Below the pieces are notes generated by a model. The model saw nothing but the letters and a program-made list of their open reading frames with translations, did no database searches and had not been told where the DNA came from. 61,835 nucleotides of DNA, from assembly GCF_001194135.2 (NCBI RefSeq), contig NC_068991.1:6861886-6923720 (forward strand), given 5' to 3'. A program made the position numbers and the translations under genes. The DNA comes from Octopus bimaculoides. Its lineage: Eukaryota. This document shows positions 52,290-61,835 of the stretch, in pieces; positions within the stretch are counted from its first letter, which is position 1; every line of letters begins with the position of its first letter.

Positions 52290-52490
52290 TTGGCGCAAGG
52301 CCTGCAATTTCAAGGGTGAGGATAAGCTGATTACATCGACCCCTGTACTCGACCGATACTGGTTTTATCAACCCCAAAAGGATGAAAGACAAAGTCGACC
52401 TCAGCAGAATTTGAACTCAAAACCCAAGGCCAGGTAAAACGCTGCTAAACATTTTGCCTGGCATGCTAACAGTTCTGCCAGCTTCCTACT
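52290..52490 (-). mobile_element. SINE family A, tail type 2
   Basis: GGATGAAAGACAAAGTCGACCTCAGCAGAATTTGAACTC...GCATGCTAACAGTTCTGCCAGCT. Confidence 0.8.
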
Positions 52491-52719
52491 TTTTTCATCC
52501 CTTATATTAAAAAGTTTATTTATCCCTCATATATATGACAGTGGAATCCAGAGGCCCAGGGGAAGGTGGTGTTGGTGGTGGGAGTCTACAACACTTGAAA
52601 TACCCAGATAATCAGGACAGTTGGTATCAGGTATTTTTCACTGGCCACAAGTGTCCCAGGGAATTATTCCAGCTGCTCTGCGATGTATGCATAAGATGCA
52701 GCAATAATTTCTTTGCTTA

Positions 52720-53215
52720 TCTCTTATTATTGTTGTTGGTGATAGTAGTGTTGATGGTGGTCATGGTGGTGGTCATGGTGGTGGTGGTCGTCGTGGTCGT
52801 GGTTGTGGCGGTCGTAGTGATCATGGTGGTGGTTGTCGTTGTTGTGGTGGTGATAGTGATGGTGGTAATGGTGATGGTAGTGGTAGTGGAGGTGGTGATG
52901 GTCAGGGTGGTGGTGGTCATGGTGATGGTGGTAGTGGTGATGGTAATGGTGATGATGGTGATGGTAGTGGTGGTGGTGGTGATGGTAGTGGCGGTTGCTG
53001 TGATGGTGGTGGTGCTGGTGGTGGTGATGGTGGTGGTGGTGATGGTGGTGATAGTGATGGTGGTAATGGTGATGATGGTGATGGTAGTGGTAGTGGAGGT
53101 GGTGATGGTCAGGGTGGTGCTGGTAATGGTGATGGTGGTGATGATGGTGGTGGTAATGGTGGTGGTAGTGCTGTTATTGGTGGTGATGGTAATGTTGATG
53201 GTGATGGTGGTGAAC
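52720..53215. repeat. Degenerate (GTG/GAT)n trinucleotide array with internal higher-order duplication
   Basis: GTGATAGTGATGGTGGTAATGG...GGAGGTGGTGATGGTCAGGGTGGTG occurs at ~52850 and ~53050. Source of the spurious poly-V/M ORF. Confidence 0.9.
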
Positions 53216-54144
53216 GTGTTATATATATATTAAGTCCACCACCATCATCATGCCAAAACTTCAGATTATTGTATGTATCCAGTTTTCTACTACAAGAAGT
53301 TCTAAAAATATTCTTCTCCCCACCACCACCACCACCAACCTCACTGAAACATCTTCTCACTCCTATTTCCTGCACCCCACCTGCAGCACATGACCCTGTC
53401 CCCACCATCACATCAGAATCTACCTTCCACTCACTACACCTTACCATTTTTCTTGTTTTACTACTTACATCGTTTAATCTTCAACAGGAAGCGAATAACA
53501 ATAACAATAATAATAATAATAACAATAACAATAACAATAATAACAACAACAACAACAACAATAATAATAATTTGTAATAATAATGTTGATTGCTTAATAA
53601 ATCTCTCCCCTACTCAACACAACACTGCCTCAGCACAGCCCTGCCCCCCCCCACCCACCATCCGGTACTAGGGGGCTGACTTCTGACACAATGCACACTC
53701 CAACCTTGCTCTCAAACCTGGCACCACTCCACAGTAATTGTTAAGACTGGATGCACTAAATAACCAAGAGCCTCTGAGTATCCGCCAGCAGCACAGGAGT
53801 AAGACTTACCACCAGCCACGCTGAAGGGAGAGAAGCTTCTATGTGGTGGCATGACTTACTAGAAACAACAGCCAATTTTTCAACGTTATTCTCATCAATT
53901 CAATGTCCATTTTTAGCATGTTGACATGGGATAGTCAGAATTTGTTGGGGCAGATTAACTATGGCTGGGATGCCCTTCCTGCTGCAAACCCTAAACCTGT
54001 CTCAAAGTAAGATAAAAAATTTCCCCATGACCAAACATGCTTTTACGGAAGATTGGAAAAGAAGGACACTGCTTGCATGACAGTGACACTTGTTTACGAC
54101 TGTCATTTGAGGTCAAGACAAGGAAACAGTAACAAACACACATG

Positions 54145-54188
<44 letters not shown>

Positions 54189-54210
54189 GGCACCTACACA
54201 CACAGGCACA

Positions 54211-54374
54211 CACTAGCATAACTAGGGGAGGGTAGTTGGGGCGGTCTACCCTGGGCGGCACTTTTAAAGGGGCAGCACTTCTGAGTCAGTTGTAGGCAAT
54301 ATGCTTTTAGTGGGGTCTGGGGGCAGCAAACAGAAGGGCCACCTTAGGTGGCACACAAACTAGCTACACTAGTG
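54211..54374. mobile_element. Short hAT-type MITE
   Basis: TIRs CACTAGCATAACTAG / CTAGCTACACTAGTG (12/15 complementary); flanks CAGGCACA / CATGCACA (7/8 TSD). Confidence 0.65.
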
Positions 54375-54420
54375 CATGCACAGACACACACATGCATACA
54401 CACGCACACACACACACACA

Positions 54421-54580
54421 ACAGACTTCTTTCAGTTTCTGTCTACCAAATCCACTCACAAGGCTTTGATTAGCCCAGGGCTATAGTAGAAAATACTTGT
54501 CCAAGGTTCCACACAGTGGGATTGAACCTGAAACCATGTGGTTAGGATAAAAAAACTTCTTACCCCACAGCCACACCATG
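54421..54580 (-). mobile_element. SINE family B, 5' half
   Basis: CTTCTTTCAGTTTCTGTCTACCAAATCCACTCACAAGGC...CCCACAGCCACACC. Confidence 0.8.
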
Positions 54581-54993
54581 CTTGCCATAAATATATTAAA
54601 TTCGAATGAATAAATAAATAAATAAAAAAACACAGGATCTTTACAGTTGGAACATCTTCAATCATACTCAATTAAGGCTGGCCCAGGGTTATAAAACAGC
54701 AACAAAAACAGAGGGCTAAGGGCATTTATTGGGACCACTAGACCCAGAAGTTGTGGTCCACTTTAGAACCAATGACAAAGGCAGGTTTAATTACTTATTC
54801 GCTTCCTCTCTTCAATGAGTCGACTTCTCAACAGTTAAAAGAACGACACTTCCTCTTTATGGAAAAAATGGCAAAAATAAAAAAAAAGAGCTGTACTTAA
54901 AGATTAACAAAGACTCGAGAACACTTATAAAACCACCCACCTTTTCTGTTGCGCAATTGCTATTCTCTCTGATATTCACCTTGTATCATCAGT

Positions 54994-55031
<38 letters not shown>

Positions 55032-55288
55032 GATAAGGAGAGCATGTATTCCTCCTGTTCAACAAGCTTTTGTCTCTCTATCATAGATTCATATCCCTCT
55101 CTTCTGTATCCTTCTCAGTTGAGGGGTTTTTGTCTTGCAGGTTACTTCGGGACCTCACCAGTGCTGGTGCCACATAAAAAGCATCCAGTCCACTTGGTCA
55201 AGCGGTTGGCTTTAGAAAGAGCATCCTGCTATAGTAACCGTACCAAGACAGACATTGGAGCCTGATGCAATCCTCTGGCTTGTCAGTT

Positions 55289-55564
55289 CCTGCTAGTTGG
55301 AGATGCCTGTCAAGGACACAAGAAATGTGTCAAGGCCGACAGGAAGCGGTGCTGCTTCCTAGGGCTAAATAGCAGTAGTATTATTCCCTTCATGGGACTG
55401 TCACATTAAGTTGACAGCATACAACTACTTTCTCGCATCACTACTGCATAAATCTCTCTGAGAAATTTAGAAATGTATTATTTCTATTTTTGAAATCAGT
55501 GAATATATTTCACTAGAATTATTATATGTTTACAAGAGCTTGACAGGCATCTCCAACTAGCAGG
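55289..55564. repeat. Perfect 26-bp inverted repeat around a 224-bp spacer
   Basis: CCTGCTAGTTGGAGATGCCTGTCAAG (55289-55314) and its exact reverse complement (55539-55564). Confidence 0.9.
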
Positions 55565-57817
55565 CCATTGCTACTCCAGACTGATGACGAGCAAAGACTC
55601 AGAAACATGTCTCTGGATGCAGGCTTAGCTGGGTGGAGGTGCTTGTCTCCCCCTTGTAAACATAAGGACACAGGGTATCCAGACATAGAAAATTTACTCC
55701 AACAGATTCTGTCAGCAAGCATGGAAAACAGACATTTGATGATGATGACAATGACAATGATAGGGAGGTGATTTGAGGGTCGTTTGTAAAATCAAATGAC
55801 CTTACTCCTAGGGGACATTTGTCAGCTTGTTTACATGCCTGTAATAATTGCTCTTTAGACCCTGATTAAAATCAGATAATAGATCAAAATCATCTCTCCT
55901 TTTTCATATATCTAGATGTCTATCATATATATATGATGTCTCCTTCCTATTTTTAAATAGGAGGTTGATTGAGTTGATGGAATTTGGCTGCTATATCTTG
56001 CAGCCAAATTGATTGACTAGCTCACAACAAATACTTCAGTATGTTCTCTGTGTGTCTGTTCGCTTTTTTCTCTCTCTCTCTCTCCCCCATATTTAGAGAG
56101 CCTAATTTATTAATTCTTCAATTAACAAGCCTAGTTCTTTGTTTCGAGCTGGTAAATTACAAATGTTATATATTTCCAGAGTGAGACACTAGACTCTAAA
56201 CACAGACCCATAATAAAAGAGATAGTCTCCAATAAGCAGTTCCATTTCATGCTCTGTAGCTTTTGTTTGTGCGATTGGAGATTGAAGAGAGTTGTAGGAA
56301 ATCACTGAAGCACTTCATTACACATACATATATATTTACAATGTCACGCTTGAGTAGGCAGAGCCTGTGTGAATATCATTGATTCAGAGTTCCCCATGCT
56401 AAGTTTACATAAGATTCAGCATGAGTGAATGAGTGGCCATGATGACTAAAACAAGCCAAACAACAAGCGCAATGTTTACGAAGCCAGGTTCCCTCGCAGT
56501 GGCCAGTTACTTCTGCATACACTCAGCCAGGCTCTTGTTTTGGGTCCACTTTCTGTGGAATGACGACATCAAAAAATAAACAGCAAAACGAGCATCACCG
56601 TCACACAAGTGGTGTCTTTCCTTTCCAGTCTTCCACGAAAACATGTCTGGCCACAGGGGAAACTCACCTAACTTCGGACCAAGTGAGGGTAAGCAACAGG
56701 AAGGGCACCCAGCCATAGAAAACCTGCCTCAACAAATTCCATCCAACCCATACAAGCATGGAAAAGTGGACATTAAAATAATGATAATATACATCAACAG
56801 TCTTCTCTCTTGCACACAACATCCGATGCCTCTTATACCCAGATGCTTGTTGTTGTTGTTGTTTTATCTGAATAACTAGTTACTATGATAAGATAAAAGG
56901 TATGAATCACACTTGGCAACGCATTTTAAATTAATCAGTACAGTGAAAAAGTCAGGTGATTAGATTTCTTGACTAACGTAATGTATGTTTCCATGCCTGC
57001 TTCTCTATCTACTAAGAATTTTGCAGTCGTTGGTTGAATTTAGAAATGGTATTCCCTTGTAGGATATATTAACCAACAACTGATTATATTACAAATTTAG
57101 AGAAACATCCAGCTCCCACTAAGCAATGGAAAAAATAATAATAATAATAATAATGTCTGTTTTCCATGCTGGCATGAGCTGGACAGTTTTGCAGGAACTG
57201 GTGAGACCAGAGGCCACACCAGGTCCCATTGTCTGTTCTGGCATGGTCCCTATGACTGGATGCCCTTCCCTAATGCCATCCACTTTACAGGGAGTACTGG
57301 GTGCTTTTTATGTGACACCAGCACTAACAGGGTCACCAAGTACGTTGCAAGACAAAAAAAAAAAACCCTCGACTGAGAGGTGGCGGGTGGGTTCTTGAGA
57401 TATCTTGTCCATTGACAAACAAACAAACGTGACTGGAAACAATACCACCGCCTTCACAAAGGCAGAGGTAATAATGATTTGGAAATAACATTTCTGCAAG
57501 TGGAGGTAAATATCACCAAGAGACTGACTTCTTCAAAAGAAATTTCCTATGTTTACTCCTCAGCAGTAGTAGACTGGGGTTCAATTCTCTGCTGGTGGGG
57601 GTGATATACACTTTAATAGAAGTGCCCCAGCATGACTACAGCCTCTGGTTGAATGTGATAAAAGAATGATAACAGAATAACTACTGTGTTTTAAAAGTAT
57701 TATGCCACTTATTTAACAGACAAGATAGTTGAGAACTTGCAAATGACTTAGTAGGTCGTAACATAACTGTCCTAGTGAGAAGCGCATGTATAATTGTTTG
57801 TTATTTAAATCACAATC

Positions 57818-57975
57818 AGGTGCAAGGATGGATGTGTGGCTGAGAAGTTTGCTTCATAACCACGTGGTCTTGGGGTCAGTCTTATTGTGTGGAACCTTGG
57901 GCAAGTGTCTTACAATAGACTATGCCCCAGGTCAACCAAAGCCTTGTGAGTAGATTTGGTAGACAGAAACTGAGG
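57818..57975 (+). mobile_element. Diverged SINE-B 5' half, interrupted by a SINE-A insertion
   Basis: GGATGTGTGGCTGAGAAG...CCTTGGGCAAGTGTCTT...GATTTGGTAGACAGAAACTGAG. Confidence 0.75.
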
Positions 57976-57982
57976 GACCCAA

Positions 57983-58214
57983 GGCGGCGAGCTGGCAGAA
58001 ACGCTAGCACGCTGGGCGAAATGCTTAGTGGTATTTCGTCTGCCATTATGTTCTGAGTTCAAATTCCACCGAGGTCGACTTTGCCTTTCATCCTTTCGGG
58101 GTCGATAAATAAAGTACCAGTTACGCACTGGGGTCGATGTAATCGACTTAATCCCTTTGTCTGTCCTTGTTTGTCCCCTCTGTGTGTAGCCCCTTGCGGG
58201 CAATAAAGAAATAA
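57983..58214 (+). mobile_element. SINE family A, full-length young copy, tail type 1
   Basis: Complete head-to-tail element with CpGs intact, flanked by GAAACTGAGGGACCCA / GAAACTGAGAGGCCCA (diverged TSD). Confidence 0.9.
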
Positions 58215-59494
58215 GAAACTGAGAGGCCCACTGTGGAGCATGTGTGTATGCATGTGTGTCTGTTCAGGTGGTGAGCTGGCAGAATCCTTAGCATGCTAGG
58301 CAGATGCTTAGCGGCATTTCTTCTGAGTTCAAATTCCACTTAGGTCAACTTAGCANNNNNNNNNNNNNNNNNNNNNNNNNNNNNNNNNNNNNNNNNNNNN
58401 NNNNNNNNNNNNNNNNNNNNNNNNNAGCAATCCATCCTTTCAGAGTCAATAAAATAAGGTACCAGCTGAGCACTGGGGGTCCATGTAATCAACTTATTAC
58501 CCTCCCCCAAATATTGCTGGCCTTGTGCAAAAATATGAAAGCATTATTGTTGTCATTTTCATCATCATCATCGTTTAACGTCTGCTTTCCATGCTAGCAT
58601 GGGTTAGGAATTCGCTTGCTTAGGACGAGCGCACATGTTAAGGTTTCCCTTGTTTGCTCATTCTTAACGATACGACATTCTTCTCCTTTTTATTCTTTTA
58701 TGTGTTTCAGTCGTCTGACTGCAGCCATGCTGGAGCACTGCCTTGGTGGTAAATACTTGATGAAGAGGTGCAGGCAAAAAAAAACCAAAAAAAAAAAACC
58801 AAACATGCCAACCAGTACCAAGAGGGGGGGAAAAACATAAAAACGAGCTATTTCACATTGCTGATAACTCTGCAGGGGATCGCAATAACTTCTAATACAA
58901 ATCTTGTCTAAATATCTCAGGTTTCATGTCTATGTAAGAAACCTTTATTAACTACTTCTTATCAATTTAAAAGTAATATTCTGAAACTTAATTAATATCT
59001 CTCACCCCTCCTCCTCCTACAGCACACCACCAAAAGAAATTGGATGCTGTCCAGAAGCAGCAGAAGTTTGTGTTAGGAGCATTCCTGACACTTTTACTAG
59101 TCTCTCTACCTTTCTCCTGCTTACTCTCTCTCTCTCTCTGTCTCTTGCTCTCTCTCACCATCTGGGGTAACCACGTATTATTACCTCAAGCAGCAAGACA
59201 CCTGTTTCTGTCCCCACCCCCACTGTCATACTCTAACCTCTCATCATCTGGTCCAAAGCCACCTATTTCAACTTGTCCCACAGAGGATCTCTTTGTCTTG
59301 CAAGTTACCTGGTGACCTTGCCAGAACGGGTGCCGCATAAAAAAAATATCCGGTCCACTCCGTAAAGGGGTCGGCATTTGGAAGGGCATCCAGCCATACA
59401 AACCATGGAAAAGAAAACCTTGCTGGTGCTTGCGCTATGTAAAAAGCACCCAGTCCACTCTGTAGAGTGGTTGGCATTTATTTGGAAGGACAAG

Positions 59495-59575
59495 TTCAAG
59501 GTGAGCTCTGATTGGCTGTATGCAAATAAGTTCATTACTGGGGACCGGAACTCTCGTGGGGAAGAAAATTTCGCG
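59495..59575 (+). promoter_or_regulatory. Repeated CCAAT/octamer module, copy C
   Basis: TTCAAGGTGAGCTCTGATTGGCTGTATGCAAATAAGTTCATTACTGGGGACCGGAACTCTCGTGGGGAAGAAAATTTCGCG; perfect octamer at 59520-59527. Confidence 0.5.
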
Positions 59576-60284
59576 AGCCGGCCCTCATTCTACCCCTAAT
59601 TCTCTATAGTTTTCTTTGCTGAATAAACACTTGGTGGTAATACATACAACCGATAGACAAGTTCAGATCATCATAGTATAGTGGTGTGTGTGTGTGTGTA
59701 TTCGAATATATTTCTGGACTTTTTCTGAAATAGTTGGGATGTTAATTTCATTTATATCGGCGCAAGCAGAGACAGAGACACACACACACACACACACTCG
59801 TGCGCACAAGCGTGTTGGGTGTGTGTGTGTGTGTGAGCACGGATATGTTATATTCTAAGAGTTAAAGGCAGCAACGCCGCCGTCACCACTGCCACCACCA
59901 CCACCACTACTACTACCACTATAAACAGCAACCAGACAATACAATAGCTGAAATTGGTTTTTGTTATTCAATAATCTTTAGCTATTATAGTAGAGTTACT
60001 ATCCCCCACTGCAGTAAGAATGAATGGTCGGCTGGTTGGCTAGTCGGTTGGCAAGCTGGTCGGTTGGTGGATTGGTTGGTTGGTCGGCGGACAATTTTGT
60101 GTGAGGACCAGACATTTTCACTTCGCTAACATTCGCTCTCTGCTGGGATTTATGTTCCATTCATTAAGGAGACCACACTACAAAAAGAAGTGTGTCGTTG
60201 TCGTAACCCCGTGTGGGTGGGTGTCAGTGATCAAAAGCATTCCGGCTACGACCACCCTGCACTATATTTTAAAACCACATTAGG

Positions 60285-60320
<36 letters not shown>

Positions 60321-60677
60321 TAAACCCATACTGTCTAAACATGTCTGCTTTCTATTCAAGTAAGGCGATAGGGCGTAATTCTGAGAGAGAGATCTGGCTG
60401 CTGCTATGTCTAGCAGACTGACTTACGAACATTAAAGGTCCCCTCGTCATAAGCTTGTACGAAATTAAATTCTTCTCCGAGGCACTCTGAACAATACACA
60501 CGCCGCCACAAACACTCTCTCTATTGGTTTCACTCCTACCAACCCTCTCCCTGTCTGTCTCTACTCCTCCTCCTCCTCCCACACTCACACCGTTTTCTAA
60601 GTATTTCATGCCTTTTTTTTTTTCTCACATCAAGGTTATTAAAATCTTCCACCCACCTGCCGGACCCTCAAACTTAA

Positions 60678-60726
<49 letters not shown>

Positions 60727-60975
60727 GCACACACGCATGCAACAAACGTGGCCGACACTTGTACACATTAAATGCACAAAACAAGCGCCCACACACAGAC
60801 ATTTGAGAAATTGAAGTTTCAGGCACATAGGTGTGGTTTGTGAATGCGCGTGTGTGTGCGTATGTGTGTGTACATGTATGTGTATATATGTGTGTATATA
60901 TGTATGTGTGTGTAATATATATATGTGTGTATATATATATATATGTGTGTCTATATATATATGTGTATATATATA

Positions 60976-61017
<42 letters not shown>

Positions 61018-61039
61018 TGCGTGTGTGTATATATATATG

Positions 61040-61243
61040 CGGGCGAAATGCTTAGCGGTATTTCGTCTGCCGTTACGTTCTGAGTTCAAATTCCGCCGAG
61101 GTCGACTTTGCCTTTCATCCTTTCGGGGTCGATTAAATAAGTACCAGTTACGCACTGAAGCTCGATGTAATCGACTTAATCCCTTTGTCTGTCCTTGTTT
61201 GTCCCCCTCTATGTTTAGCCCCCTTTGTGAGCAATGAAGAAAT
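61040..61243 (+). mobile_element. SINE family A, 5'-clipped young copy, tail type 1
   Basis: GGGCGAAATGCTTAGCGGTATTTCGTCTGCCGTTACGTTCTGAGTTCAAATTCCGCCGAGG...GAGCAATGAAGAAAT. Confidence 0.9.
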
Positions 61244-61803
61244 GTGTGTGTGTGTCTATGAAGATATGTACGCATGTGTATTAAGACTCAAGTCTTCAAC
61301 GAGGTACATCTTGGATTCATTTATGCGAAGTATAACTTACTGGAAGTACCCAACTCATGATTACTCCGTTGACATAAATACACACACACACACACGTATA
61401 TTTATGTGAGTAGGTATACTTATATACATATGTCTATATTATATGTGTGTGCGCGCGCGTTATGCATGTACATGTATGCATTATACACATATCTACACAC
61501 GCGCGTGGATGGGGCTCCGTAAAACTCAAACAACTTAGAAGAGTACACATCTCAGTTCATCTAAGCGAACGACAACTTACTGCAAGTGCTTATATACACA
61601 CGTGTTACACACACACACACACATATAATTATATTATCTAACATAATTAGTGAGCAGTAGTTTGTATGTGTTGTACGAGCCCAGCTCAGCTCCAGCCCAG
61701 CCCCCAGCTCTATCTGCGAACACTGGCTTGGTCTGGTCTACAAAATCTAACCATATATGTTTATGTTCAGCAGCGAAGGTACTCGAGGTAGGGAGGGAGC
61801 AGG

Positions 61804-61835
<32 letters not shown>

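Noticed and set aside
52535-53233. 232-aa Val/Met-rich ORF resembling a membrane protein or mucin (antisense poly-Thr)
   Set aside because: It is a degenerate GTG/GAT trinucleotide array in an intron, with no splice or domain support.
53260-53320. Minus-strand RRIFLELLVVEN resembling human VPS39 RIFLEKVLEEN
   Set aside because: No splice sites, preceded by a GGT repeat and followed by a stop; treated as coincidence.

Overview
Eukaryotic, AT-rich, microsatellite-dense genomic DNA from a gapped short-read assembly (15 N-gaps, most flanked by simple repeats). The tRNA-derived SINE families and repeat density point to a coleoid cephalopod, probably Octopus; this is an inference from recalled repeat families, not a database result. 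The only protein-coding gene I can support is the 3' end of VPS39 (HOPS subunit) on the minus strand: two spliced exons at 50079-49988 and 45113-45029, both missed by the ORF track. The rest of the gene must lie beyond the right edge. Everything else is transposon-derived or simple repeat: three tRNA-derived SINE families (called A, B, C here), RTE, CR1/L2 and RLE-type (R4/Dong-like) LINE fragments, Penelope-like termini, and mariner, hAT and piggyBac-type MITEs. Nearly all ORFs in the supplied track are artefacts of N-gaps and microsatellites. Best leads: (1) a ~75-80 bp CCAAT+octamer+Ets/E2F-like module present three times, twice back-to-back; (2) a CpG-depleted domain (~44-59.5 kb) over the VPS39 body, visible as CpG decay in SINE copies; (3) inverted SINE-B copies bracketing the penultimate VPS39 exon; (4) a CR1/L2 LINE whose 3' tail matches the SINE-B tail. 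I found no clear novel multi-gene system. Repeat coordinates are approximate (about +/-10-20 bp); exon coordinates are exact.
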